A stretch of 64,000 nucleotides of DNA, from the NCBI GenBank assembly GCA_025061115.1, contig JANZKC010000001.1:224001-288000 (forward strand). The letters run 5' to 3'. Both the position numbers and the translations under genes were made by a program. The notes beneath the pieces were generated by a model. That model saw only the letters and a list, made by a program, of their open reading frames with translations, searched no databases and was not told the origin of the DNA. Below, piece by piece: positions 49,228 through 59,328 of this stretch. How positions within the stretch are numbered: the stretch's first letter is position 1; every line of letters starts with the position of its first letter. This DNA is from Candidatus Culexmicrobium cathedralense (GTDB taxonomy: Archaea; Thermoproteota; Methanomethylicia; Culexarchaeales; Culexmicrobiaceae).

Positions 49228-49560
49228 CTAATTTCTCAACCTCCACCTATCCACATCCCTCTCAGTATACTTCGTAATAACCTTCCAAAAAGCATCCTCC
49301 AAATTTACTCCATAATAATTTGCAATACATATAACTGCAAAAATAATGTCAGCCAACTCCAATTCAAAATCAACTCCAACCTCACCCTCCTTCCTCCTCT
49401 TAGGACCTTCCAAGGCGTTAAGCTCCCTAGCAAGCTCCCCAATCTCCTCAACAAGAGCAGCCAGCATAGAGAGGGGAGGCCAATAACCTCCTCCAAGCTC
49501 CCTAATCCACTCATCAACAATGCGCTGAGCCTCACCAAAAGTTAAGCCGCGCGACTTCAT
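49228..49560 (-). CDS. MazG-like nucleotide pyrophosphohydrolase
   Basis: LVEEIGELARE...ELADI. Confidence 0.9.
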   Translation of the reverse strand: MKSRGLTFGEAQRIVDEWIRELGGGYWPPLSMLAALVEEIGELARELNALEGPKRRKEGEVGVDFELELADIIFAVICIANYYGVNLEDAFWKVITKYTERDVDRWRLRN

Positions 49561-49601
49561 TCACATCACCAAGAAGAGTATAGCATACTAGGCAAATTAC
49601 T

Positions 49602-50093
49602 TTAACTTAAAAGCTCCAACAAGTAAGCAAGCTTAGAAATTGATCCCCGACTGAAAATAAAAGCGCGAGGCATCAATCCAACCTTCAACTTAAAAGTTGA
49701 ATTCTCAAAATCAACTTCTAAGCGCTTAATATCATCAAGCCAAATGCAGTAGCTATGCCTCCTACTCGAAACAACCTTATCGAGCTTCCTAGAAGAAATT
49801 CTGCAATAAACAGGCAAAAACACCAAAAGCTCAGATTCACCCATCGAATCAAGCGAAAACTCGAAAGAAACACCAGGCAATCCAAAAAAGAATGAACCAA
49901 TCAAGCTAGCCAATAAAGCCCTGCCTAAAATCTTTAGCTTCCCTACTTTAGGAAGAAAATCTTTATGATATATAAGGGCAAACCTACTTTCAGTTAAAAT
50001 AACAATATAAATTTTATAGTTTAAGTAACTAATACCTCTAGCAATTGCAGGAAAAATAGCTAAAACAGTTTCTTCACCCAATACATTCACCAA
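49602..50093 (-). CDS. Hypothetical protein (PH-like with a hydrophobic segment)
   Basis: 163-aa ORF; ILTESRFAL and IWLDDIKRLEV patterns. Confidence 0.55.
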   Translation of the reverse strand: MVNVLGEETVLAIFPAIARGISYLNYKIYIVILTESRFALIYHKDFLPKVGKLKILGRALLASLIGSFFFGLPGVSFEFSLDSMGESELLVFLPVYCRISSRKLDKVVSSRRHSYCIWLDDIKRLEVDFENSTFKLKVGLMPRAFIFSRGSISKLAYLLELLS

Positions 50094-50138
50094 GCCACAA
50101 CCTTACACGAAATTAAATAAAATTTTTAAAGTTACTTA

Positions 50139-51263
50139 TTAACTAATCTCTAAAACTTTAATTCCCTTTCTCCCTAAATTACGCATAAATTCATCATATA
50201 ACTTCAAATTCATGCCAATAAGTTCAGGAGGAACAAGCCCCTTATCCTGAATCCTACCATTCAAAAGCATCTTAACAATATTTGACTGAGTAAAGCCCGT
50301 AACCTTGCCCATAGCTGAGAGACCAATATCATAATCATACTCAACATCCATCAAATACCTCCTCGTAACGCCATTCCTCGATTCAGCTTCAATATACATG
50401 ATCGCCCTATCCGGAGCATCCCTAATTAGCTTTCGCTCAAGAATACTAGCCAAAACCTTTGAAAGCTTAACTCTAAAATCACCAATTAAAACCTCTTCAT
50501 CGCTGAGAAAACCAAGCTTTTTAAGCATCCTCATAATCTGCAAGTGTCCAGGATACCTCAAGGTATACTCAATTAGCTCCTCGACACCTTCAAAAGTTTT
50601 AAGCATAGTTCTAATGCCATCAGAGGCAAAATACTCGTAAACACCCAACTTCGGAATGGTAACTTCACCAGTTAAACTTAATGGATCAACCTCAACAATC
50701 TTACCACCAATAATTGCCCTAGCCCGCCGAATATACTCGTCAATCAAATCCTCAACAGACCAAGTAGCAACCAATCCAAGAGGCAAGCTCGAATCCCTAG
50801 CTAAACCTCCAACATAAATTCTAGCCTTCTTTAATCCACCAAACTTGGAGTGAAAATACCCCAAAACAATATTGCTAAGCCCAGGTGCAAACCCAGCATC
50901 AACAATTAAAGTCACATTTCTCTCAACAGCAAGCTCATGAAGAATCCAAGGATCCTCAGGAAAATAAGATACATCGACAACATTAAGCCCAAGATCCACA
51001 AGCTTATTCAAAACTCTAAACGCAATTGAGCCGGGAAGAGCAACAACAGCCAAATTAAAGCGCTTAACCCTCTCAAGCTCATCCAAATTCGAAGCATCAA
51101 TATCCAAAACATTAAAGCCGAAAACTTGAACAGCATACTTAAGCCTATGAGGATCACTATCAACAACAGTCAACTGCATATTAGAATTAAAAAAGTCAAG
51201 AGCAACAGCAAACCCAATTCTACCAAACCCAATCAAAACAACATCATTAGACAAACCAAACAC
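50139..51263 (-). CDS. Saccharopine dehydrogenase / lysine 6-dehydrogenase family
   Basis: GFGRIG, VDVSY, DAGFAPGLSN, YVGGL, TLRYPGH. Confidence 0.88.
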   Translation of the reverse strand: MFGLSNDVVLIGFGRIGFAVALDFFNSNMQLTVVDSDPHRLKYAVQVFGFNVLDIDASNLDELERVKRFNLAVVALPGSIAFRVLNKLVDLGLNVVDVSYFPEDPWILHELAVERNVTLIVDAGFAPGLSNIVLGYFHSKFGGLKKARIYVGGLARDSSLPLGLVATWSVEDLIDEYIRRARAIIGGKIVEVDPLSLTGEVTIPKLGVYEYFASDGIRTMLKTFEGVEELIEYTLRYPGHLQIMRMLKKLGFLSDEEVLIGDFRVKLSKVLASILERKLIRDAPDRAIMYIEAESRNGVTRRYLMDVEYDYDIGLSAMGKVTGFTQSNIVKMLLNGRIQDKGLVPPELIGMNLKLYDEFMRNLGRKGIKVLEIS

Positions 51264-51583
51264 CCAAATTTAACTATAAACCAAATATAATTAAGCCTTA
51301 ATCAACAATACAGTAAATTTCAATTTACTCAAACAAACTTTAAATTAAATTGGATCATCAACAGCAGAAGAACAATGAGAATGCACCAATTTTGATAATC
51401 CATTAAGATTAACAATATTAATTGAAGAATAACTAACTACTGAACCCCCATTCGCATCAGCTAAACTCATAATAGAAGATAGTAACAATGATCAACATCA
51501 AGAACTTGTAAATTAAAATCGCATGCCAATAAAGATTTAGGCTACGATTCACTTTAAAATATTAATGTTAATGGGTGGTTCAA

Positions 51584-52012
51584 ATGAAGATTGCAGCTGG
51601 ATCCAACGACAATTATGATGTAGCGAACAGCATAGTGAATGAGCTTAAAGCCAGAGGATTTCAAGTAATAGTTCTAGGCGCACTTAAAACTGGAAAGCCA
51701 TATCCATAGCCCAAGGTTGGATTTGAAGTTGGAGAATTAGTTGCTGAAGGAGAAGCCGACTTCGGAATAGTTATCTGCTACACTGGAACTGGAGTTACAA
51801 TAGCTGCAAATAAAGTTAAGGACGTCAGGGCAACATTATGCACCGACGCTAAAAAAGCTAGAGGAACAAGAATGTGGAATGATGCAAATGCATTAGCGCT
51901 AAGTGCAAGATTGACGACCAAAGAAATGGCTAAGAAAATAATTGAGACATGGCTTGAAGCTGAAGTTGACCAATCTGAAATTCAAAATATAAAAATGATT
52001 AAAGATTATTAA
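51584..52012 (+). pseudogene. rpiB: Ribose-5-phosphate isomerase B homolog interrupted by an in-frame TAG at codon 42 (51707-51709)
   Basis: Manual translation: MKIAAGS...GKPYP*PKVG...GIVICYTGTGVTIAANKVKDVRATLC...WNDANALALSAR...; 142 codons, no frameshift. Confidence 0.85.
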
Positions 52013-52145
52013 CAAAAAATAGATTAATTACAATTAATAATGAAGATAATTATAATAATTTAAGTAAAAATTTTAAAAATATGACAAAGAAAAGGTAGAT
52101 GTTAAATATAGGCAGTGAATAAAATGAGTAAATGGGAGAAATGAC

Positions 52146-52412
52146 ATGCCGGAAGCATTTATTGTTATGAATGTAAAGTTAGGCTTAGAAGAGGAAACAC
52201 TTAATGAAATTCTCAAAATTGAAGGAGTTGAGGAAGCATACACAGTGTATGGAGTTTATGACATAGTTGCCAAGGTTAAGGCTGAAACTCTAAATAAGCT
52301 TAAGAAAATAGTTACCTGGAAGATTAGGCGACTTAGCAGCATAATGTCCACAACAACAATGGTAGTAATCGAGGGGCGGAAAAAGACCAGCATAATTTCA
52401 GTTGCAAAATAA
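52146..52412 (+). CDS. Stand-alone Lrp/AsnC ligand-binding domain protein
   Basis: GVEEAYTVYGVYDIVAKV, IRRL..I.STTT. Confidence 0.9.
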   Translation: MPEAFIVMNVKLGLEEETLNEILKIEGVEEAYTVYGVYDIVAKVKAETLNKLKKIVTWKIRRLSSIMSTTTMVVIEGRKKTSIISVAK

Positions 52413-52526
52413 ATTAAATGTCAAGTCAGAGAAATTCAATTAAGTATATGGGAGATTACTTTATGAGCAATAATACTAAGTACTACATATTGGAGATTAA
52501 AACCTAATCCATTAGATGGTGATACA

Positions 52527-53006
52527 TTGAAAATAATGAGTGAGCAAGAATCCTTGGAACTCCTTAGAAAAGCCAGAGTTGGAAGAATTGGGGTAATTTT
52601 AGGTCCTCAGCCATACATAGTGCCAGTATTCTTCACATACCATAGAGGAAGAATCGTCTTCTACACGCAAAAAAGAGGCGCAAAACTTGAAGGAATACTA
52701 AGCAATCCATACATATGCTTGCAAGTGGACAGCATACCTGAAGGAGAAGGAGAAGCAAAAAGCGTATTAGTATTTGGAAAAGCGGAAGTTGTAAGAGATC
52801 CTGATGAAAAGGCAGAAGCGATAAAGGCACTCGTTAACAAGTACATGGAGTACCACGATATACGCAGAAACATTAATGAGGAGGCCATAAGCCTCCCCGA
52901 GGATGAATTCTATAAGGAAAGCCTAAGGAAAGTTACGGTGATAGCCATCATCCCAAGGAAAATAACTGGAAGAAAAATGAAGATAGAATCTCCAAGAGTT
53001 GAGTAA
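52527..53006 (+). CDS. Pyridoxamine 5'-phosphate oxidase/NimA-like flavin-binding protein
   Basis: VGRIG...PYIVPV, G.K...I..NP.IC.QVD, SVLVFG. Confidence 0.87.
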   Translation: MKIMSEQESLELLRKARVGRIGVILGPQPYIVPVFFTYHRGRIVFYTQKRGAKLEGILSNPYICLQVDSIPEGEGEAKSVLVFGKAEVVRDPDEKAEAIKALVNKYMEYHDIRRNINEEAISLPEDEFYKESLRKVTVIAIIPRKITGRKMKIESPRVE

Positions 53007-53137
53007 AACAAGAAGACGCCAAAGCTAAATAAATCTTAAAGAGGTAACTCGCACCATGATGCATCTTGCAGTCAATTAAGTAAAATCAATTCAAATTAAA
53101 TGTTAATCATGGAAAACATCCTCAGCACCATCGCCCA

Positions 53138-53602
53138 CTAGCCCTTTTGCAGGAAAGCCTGTATTTCAGCTATCCTCTTATCAATGCTCCTCCTTATCTC
53201 CAGAAGAATCTCCCTCTCCTTCTCCATGAAACTCCTGAAAACTTCCTCATCTATCTCTTCTCTTTCAATTATAGGCATGGTATCTTCAATTAGCTTAACA
53301 ATGCTAGCCAAAATATTCCTAATTCTGCTTGCATGATTCTTTAGCAGCAACTTACCCTTTGAGGTTAATGTATATATCTTTCTGGTCCTCCCACCGTAGT
53401 TCTTCTCCCTACTCTTAACGTAACCCTCTTTCTTCAACTTCTCAAGCAAAGGATATATTGTGCCAGGAGAAGCTCTAATTCCCCTTTGAGTAATCATCCT
53501 TAACTTCAGCATAATTCCATAGCCATGAAGCTCTTCCCTAGCTAGAAGCAGAAGTATCAGCATAGTGAGAATTAAGCCTCGTAAACTATCCCTTGCTACC
53601 AA
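53138..53602 (-). CDS. PadR-family transcriptional regulator
   Basis: HGYGI, SPGTIYPLL.KL, RKIYTLT.KG. Confidence 0.93.
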   Translation of the reverse strand: MVARDSLRGLILTMLILLLLAREELHGYGIMLKLRMITQRGIRASPGTIYPLLEKLKKEGYVKSREKNYGGRTRKIYTLTSKGKLLLKNHASRIRNILASIVKLIEDTMPIIEREEIDEEVFRSFMEKEREILLEIRRSIDKRIAEIQAFLQKG

Positions 53603-53646
53603 CCCAACTCCCTTCCCAATATTTTCGGAGAAAAATATATAAATAA

Positions 53647-53676
53647 ATCGATAATCGATATATCGGGGAACGATAT
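53647..53676. promoter_or_regulatory. Candidate PadR operator: overlapping palindromes CGATATATCG and ATATCG-N5-CGATAT
   Basis: ATCGATAATCGATATATCGGGGAACGATAT, directly before the ATG of the divergent operon. Confidence 0.6.
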
Positions 53677-55209
53677 ATGAATAATCTGTGCAAAATTTTA
53701 TTAGCGATTCTCGCGCTTACCGCATTTGCTCAGCCAATTTTGCAACCCCCCACTGTAGTTCATGCTGCAAGCAGCATAGTTCTACGAACATTCACGTTCA
53801 ATTGGAATGATACTCTCATGAAATTAGACGTATATTATTATGCTGAAGTTAAAGCAAACACCTTCAGCTGGATAAACGTCAGCATAACTCCAGTCGACTT
53901 CGGTTCAGCAAAGAAGATTAGAATAGACGTTATTCAAGTAGAAATTTCAGACACAGTAATTTCAATAACAGCACTACCATTCAAAACAATGTATTGGAAA
54001 AACTCAGATTACAAAGCCTCCTTCAAGCTCAACTTCTCAGATCCCAGCTTCAAAAACATTGCTCCAGGAAACACCGCAGAGTACAATTTGGTAATCAGAG
54101 TTAGAGGAACCCTATGGGATTCGGATAATAATAAGTTCACATATAATTTCGAGGGAAGTGCACCAATATACATTGAATCTCCAGTAGTAGACCTATACTC
54201 AAAAATATATATTTTAGGCGAAGCTGTAGAAGATGGTCAAGTAGACGTTTTGGTTGAGATAATCAATGTTGGAGTTGAATCCGCATCCAACCTTAAAATC
54301 GAAGTGGAGTGCGACGCAATAGACTTCAAGACGCCAACCACAATACGCCTCCCAATAACGCTAAATCCAGGAGAATCCATTAACGTGAGCTTCTCAGGCA
54401 CCTTTGAGGAAATGGGTGGCTGGATAGTAAAAGCATACATCACATTCCTCAACACTGCAGGATACAATTCCTCTCTAACCATTTCGAAGCTAGTAGATGT
54501 AAAGGGACTCTCAAGAATAGAGTTGTACGGAAACTTCAGTCAAGGCAACTTAAATTTATGGGGAAGACTCATTCCACCAAGAATTGGAGCTTCAGCAACA
54601 ATTCTCATGTCGAAAGATGGATTCAACTGGACAAACTTAGCAGTCTTAGATTTGGAGACAACAGGATACTTCCAATACAACATAAAACTGCCATACAAAG
54701 GAAACTACTTCTTCAAGGCAACATGGAGCGGAGACAACGAATACCTGCCGTCAACAAGCAATATTCTAGAAGTCCAGGTTACAAAGAACCTTTTAGAACT
54801 CCTACTAATAGCTCCAACATATAGTGAAGTTAAGCCAGGCGAAAAACTGCCCTTAACCATCAAAACCAACATCAACCCACCTCTAAATAAAACTCCAATC
54901 ATAATCATGGGAAAATTCGAGGAGGGCCCCCACTGGCAACCCCTAAAAGAAATAATATTAAATTCAAGTGAAGTGTCATTCAACATAACAGTACCAAAAA
55001 ATGCCGAAATTGTAGACATCAAGGCAGTAATCTGCGAAAACGAGAATTATTACCAATCGGAGTCAAACATCATTCACCTTAATATAGCTGCAGAAACTCC
55101 GATCTATTACAAACCTACATTCATGCTGCCAGCAATTGGAATTGCAATACTAATAGCATTGGTGGTGATCCTAATTGGCAGGCATAAGCATATTAAAATA
55201 CTGCCTTAA
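53677..55209 (+). CDS. Secreted/surface protein with Ig-like (CARDB-like) domains and a C-terminal TM anchor
   Basis: Signal peptide, VEIINVG...LNPGES, ATWSGDNEYLPSTS Ig motif, C-terminal TM. Confidence 0.78.
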   Translation: MNNLCKILLAILALTAFAQPILQPPTVVHAASSIVLRTFTFNWNDTLMKLDVYYYAEVKANTFSWINVSITPVDFGSAKKIRIDVIQVEISDTVISITALPFKTMYWKNSDYKASFKLNFSDPSFKNIAPGNTAEYNLVIRVRGTLWDSDNNKFTYNFEGSAPIYIESPVVDLYSKIYILGEAVEDGQVDVLVEIINVGVESASNLKIEVECDAIDFKTPTTIRLPITLNPGESINVSFSGTFEEMGGWIVKAYITFLNTAGYNSSLTISKLVDVKGLSRIELYGNFSQGNLNLWGRLIPPRIGASATILMSKDGFNWTNLAVLDLETTGYFQYNIKLPYKGNYFFKATWSGDNEYLPSTSNILEVQVTKNLLELLLIAPTYSEVKPGEKLPLTIKTNINPPLNKTPIIIMGKFEEGPHWQPLKEIILNSSEVSFNITVPKNAEIVDIKAVICENENYYQSESNIIHLNIAAETPIYYKPTFMLPAIGIAILIALVVILIGRHKHIKILP

Positions 55210-56329
55210 ATTCGCTTGGAACGACATTTCAACAAGAAAGACGAGGGCAGCCTTAACTATAATCGGAATTTCAGTCGGCATCTCGGCCCTAGTCGCACTA
55301 ATGTCGATAATGGGAGGAATGAGATATCAAGTCGAAGAAAGACTCAACAGGTACTTTGGAGTGGGAGTAAGATTAAGCGGCAAGAGCGGAATCGAAGTAC
55401 CAGAACACATGGCAGACACCATCAAGCTAATGAGCATAGTATGCGACGCATACCCAACAATTTCAAGTTCAGGGCTAGTTGCAGGAGCAAATGCATTCAT
55501 ACTTGGAATACCCGCAGAAAAAATAGATGACTACCTCTCAACAGTCCAGCTAATTTCAGGAGAAAAATTGACTGAGGAGGATTCAGGCTGCATACTAGTA
55601 TCAAATAGCTTAATGAACAGGAAAGGATTGAAGATCGGCGATAAAGTAGAGGTTTACGCTCCAACAAGCGGAAAAAAGGAGTACTACATCATTAAAGGCG
55701 TATTCGACCCAGGAATATCCTTTGGAAATATAGGATTAGCAGTAATAAAGTTCAAGGACGCTCAAAAGCTATTCGAAGCCGAAGGCTACGCATCAGAAAT
55801 CGTCATAAAGTTAAGCTCGAACGACCAAGTAGACTCCTTCGTCAACTACTTAAAGCAAGTATTTCCAGAAGCAAAGATAACCACATCAAAGGAAATAATA
55901 TCACGAATAAATGAAATACTGGATATAATCAACGTAACACTCCTAACAATAGCCTCAATAAGCCTAATAGTTGCAGCACTCAGCGTAATGAATACAATCA
56001 TGATGGTCGTGAGAGACAGAATTAGGGAAATAGGAATCCTCAAAGCCATAGGAGCTACTAGAAGCCATGTCCTCTCAATATTCCTAGGCGAGGCATTCAT
56101 TCTAAGCGCAATTGGAGGCATTATTGGAATTATTGGAGGAGCAGTAACGTCGTACATACTGTCAAATGCCTTTGGAAACTTAACCAACATCTACATCACG
56201 CCAATGATCTCAATAGAGTACGTGGCAAGCGGAATAGCAATCTCAATAATTGTAGGAATACTCTCAGGATTCTACCCCTCATGGAGGGGAGCAAATATAA
56301 GGCCAATAGAGGCGTTGAAATATGAATAG
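55175..56329 (+). CDS. MacB/FtsX-type ABC permease
   Basis: R.TR..LTIIGI.VG, NT....VRDRIREIGILKAIGA, YPS.R.A...PIEALKYE. Confidence 0.93.
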   Translation: MAGISILKYCLKFAWNDISTRKTRAALTIIGISVGISALVALMSIMGGMRYQVEERLNRYFGVGVRLSGKSGIEVPEHMADTIKLMSIVCDAYPTISSSGLVAGANAFILGIPAEKIDDYLSTVQLISGEKLTEEDSGCILVSNSLMNRKGLKIGDKVEVYAPTSGKKEYYIIKGVFDPGISFGNIGLAVIKFKDAQKLFEAEGYASEIVIKLSSNDQVDSFVNYLKQVFPEAKITTSKEIISRINEILDIINVTLLTIASISLIVAALSVMNTIMMVVRDRIREIGILKAIGATRSHVLSIFLGEAFILSAIGGIIGIIGGAVTSYILSNAFGNLTNIYITPMISIEYVASGIAISIIVGILSGFYPSWRGANIRPIEALKYE

Positions 56330-57224
56330 GGAAATTGCAATCGAACTAGTAAACGTGAAGAAAACATACTATTTATCAGAAAACATAAAGGTTGAGGCAA
56401 TTAGAGGAATCTCATTAAAAGTTTATAGAGGAGACTTCATATCAATCATGGGGCCCTCAGGATCAGGAAAAACAACCCTCCTAAACCTAATTGGAACAAT
56501 GGATAAACCTACATCCGGCAGAGTCATAATTGAGGGAATAGACGTAACAGATCTGCCGGAATCCCAGCTAGCTCCAATAAGAAGAGAAAAAATTGGCTTC
56601 GTATTCCAAGCGTACAATTTGATCACAACCCTAACCGCACTGGAAAACGTGATGCTTCCAATGCTCCTAACCGGCAAATATAGCGAAGATGAAGCTGAAG
56701 AAAGAGCCTTCAAACTCCTAAGCCTAGTAGGGCTAGAGGACAGAGCGCATCACAGGCCAAACCAGCTTAGCGGAGGACAACAACAGAGAGTAGCAATTGC
56801 AAGAGCACTAGCAAACGATCCCTCCTTCATCCTAATGGACGAGCCAACTGGAGCGATAGATACAATTACAGGTTCAAAGCTAATGGCCCTAGTCAAAATA
56901 TTAAATCAAACCTTTGGGCAAACATTCATAGTTGTAACCCACAATCCATCAGTAGCAAAAACGGCACAAAAAATATACTTTATTCGCGACGGCCTATTGT
57001 ATAAAAGCTCCAGCAAAGACATTTACAACTTCAACATCACCCTATCAAGAGATGAAATAACAAGAATATTAAATGCGCAGCTTAAGCTCCTACTCACAGA
57101 CCTAAAATCGCTGAAAAGAAGATTTAGGGAAGGCAAAGTTAGAGAGGAAAATTACACGAAACTTAAAGGTGAATTGAAGAGAAAAATGAACATTCTCGAA
57201 GAGATGTTGAAAAATGAAAAATAG
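56322..57224 (+). CDS. LolD/MacB-type ABC ATPase with a SHOCT-like C-terminal tail
   Basis: [32 protein letters not shown]; extension [19 protein letters not shown]. Confidence 0.92.
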   Translation: MNREIAIELVNVKKTYYLSENIKVEAIRGISLKVYRGDFISIMGPSGSGKTTLLNLIGTMDKPTSGRVIIEGIDVTDLPESQLAPIRREKIGFVFQAYNLITTLTALENVMLPMLLTGKYSEDEAEERAFKLLSLVGLEDRAHHRPNQLSGGQQQRVAIARALANDPSFILMDEPTGAIDTITGSKLMALVKILNQTFGQTFIVVTHNPSVAKTAQKIYFIRDGLLYKSSSKDIYNFNITLSRDEITRILNAQLKLLLTDLKSLKRRFREGKVREENYTKLKGELKRKMNILEEMLKNEK

Positions 57225-59229
57225 AAAAACACTCACCATAACGATATTAATCCTAATGCTCACAACCCTAATAATAAAGCCAATCCACGCAGTACGCCAG
57301 CCAACAATCATCAAAATAGAGAGATCGAAAACATGGAATGCAAAGATAAATGCCCTAAACGAGCTATATGAAACATACATTGAAGAGGAAATAAAAATAA
57401 AAAACAACTCCTCACGCAAAGTCACCCTAAACATCCACGCACTAGCTGAAAACATAATGCCAAGTAGCATAACATTCCAAGATAAAACTCCAACCCCAGA
57501 AATTCAAAAAATAACCAATGAAATAATCCTACTAACATGGAGAAAAGTGGAAATCCAGCCGGAAAGCACATTAAAATTAAAATATCAAGCAACACCCACT
57601 CAGGAATTCCCACTAAAAATTGAAAGATACATATACGTTAACAACAAGCTTGAAAAAATAGTGAAAAGCGGAGGAAGATATAAAGTCAAAGCTGAAATTG
57701 GAGATGCAATTTCAATATGCCTGAAACTCAAGAACAAGGCGAGCGAAATATTCATCAATGAAAAGCTAATCAAACCCCCAATATACCTGCAAGTAAGCAT
57801 AAGCTATGACGACTCCATATACGATTTAATTTCACCTGAAATCAAATCCCAATATGGATCTCCAAGTATAACTCTAACCTTAACCGAAACCCAATGGCTA
57901 AACATTACTCTAAAAGTACGGAGCCTAGGCTCATGGGGCGAAGTTGAACTTCCAGACATCACCATCTACGGATCAATAACCGCATCAACATATCAAGCAG
58001 CCTCATTAAAAGAGAGCATTGAAAGATTAAGCGGATTAATTAGCTACCTAAAATACATGGAGCTAATCCTCACAGCACTCAAAATATATGTAGAAGCATT
58101 TCCAGCTTTCTACTCAACCCAGCCAGCTCCAACCAACGCCTACACGATAATAGACATCATGGAAGCAAGCATAATTGAAACCCTAAATCAATATGAGGAA
58201 ACAGTAAACGAATACCAGCAAACCATAGAAAATATCACGAAACAACATCCATCATTAAGGGAACCATTATCGGACATCAATGAAACTCTCAACGAAATAG
58301 AAGAATCAATTAGGGAGACAAAAGAGCAAATATCCAGCAGCTTCACCCAACTTAGAAGCGCACTTCAGGCAATGCCGGAAGCACAGCCATCAGCAAGCCA
58401 ACTTCAACCCACAACCCAAGCCATAGACAACCTGCTAATCCAACTAACAAAATTCAGAGCTGAAGCTGAAAATCAAATGAACAACCTACTAAACCTACTA
58501 GGACTAATGGATTACCTAAACTCGGAATCGAACTACCCAAGAATATGGGCAACCCTCGGATACACCAGCAAAGACTACACATCCACCCACGTAAAGAAGG
58601 TAAACGAAGATTTATGGGCACTAGAAGAGGTAGAGCTGCTTCCCGGTATAGCAACTAGCAGCGGAGACAAAATATACCTACTATACATGATAATCCAAGT
58701 AAACAACTCGGAAATAACGTCAATTGAATATAAAGCCACTGAAGGCTGGAAACCCATAAGAGACCTAAAATCACTGAAAATTGAAAAGCAAAATGCAAAT
58801 ACAATCGTGATCCCAATATTCAAAGAAGTAGATTTGAAAAGCAGAACAATAATAAATGCGCTAGAACACCCAATAGTTGGAAAAATAAGAATCCTCCTAA
58901 CATCAGCCACAAAGCCAAACCTAAACATCAAAATCATAAAAGCAATAAAACCTGCATATGTAGCCTATGCCGCCAACGACAAATACAAGGTTATAATGAA
59001 AAACCTCCTCATATCATCCTTACCAACCTACAAGGAAATCAAGCCACCCCAAAAAGAAATCAAGGCAATAAACCAATACTACTATTACGCCGCAGCAGCA
59101 ACAGCCCTCCTACTCGCAGCAAGTTACATAATATGGAGAAGAAAACGGAAGAAAATAGAAAAGGAAGATGAGGAAATAGAGTACATGGAAAGAAAACTGG
59201 AAGAATTGATGAGCAAACTAAAAACCTAA
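57214..59229 (+). CDS. Large surface protein: signal peptide, beta domains, central coiled coil, C-terminal TM and charged tail
   Basis: Hydrophobic N-terminus, heptad-rich segment in the middle third, YYYAAAATALLLAASYIIWRRKRK anchor. Confidence 0.72.
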   Translation: MKNRKTLTITILILMLTTLIIKPIHAVRQPTIIKIERSKTWNAKINALNELYETYIEEEIKIKNNSSRKVTLNIHALAENIMPSSITFQDKTPTPEIQKITNEIILLTWRKVEIQPESTLKLKYQATPTQEFPLKIERYIYVNNKLEKIVKSGGRYKVKAEIGDAISICLKLKNKASEIFINEKLIKPPIYLQVSISYDDSIYDLISPEIKSQYGSPSITLTLTETQWLNITLKVRSLGSWGEVELPDITIYGSITASTYQAASLKESIERLSGLISYLKYMELILTALKIYVEAFPAFYSTQPAPTNAYTIIDIMEASIIETLNQYEETVNEYQQTIENITKQHPSLREPLSDINETLNEIEESIRETKEQISSSFTQLRSALQAMPEAQPSASQLQPTTQAIDNLLIQLTKFRAEAENQMNNLLNLLGLMDYLNSESNYPRIWATLGYTSKDYTSTHVKKVNEDLWALEEVELLPGIATSSGDKIYLLYMIIQVNNSEITSIEYKATEGWKPIRDLKSLKIEKQNANTIVIPIFKEVDLKSRTIINALEHPIVGKIRILLTSATKPNLNIKIIKAIKPAYVAYAANDKYKVIMKNLLISSLPTYKEIKPPQKEIKAINQYYYYAAAATALLLAASYIIWRRKRKKIEKEDEEIEYMERKLEELMSKLKT

Positions 59230-59328
59230 ATTCAAACCCAAAATTAAATTTGCAGACCCAGTCATCAATGAGCATACAATACGTCGATTATAAATAGTAA
59301 CAGCAGCGATAATTCTTCAGGTATTAAC

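Noticed and set aside
51345-51470. 41-codon minus-strand ORF (MSLADANGGS...)
   Set aside because: It is too short with no recognisable features, so it cannot be supported.
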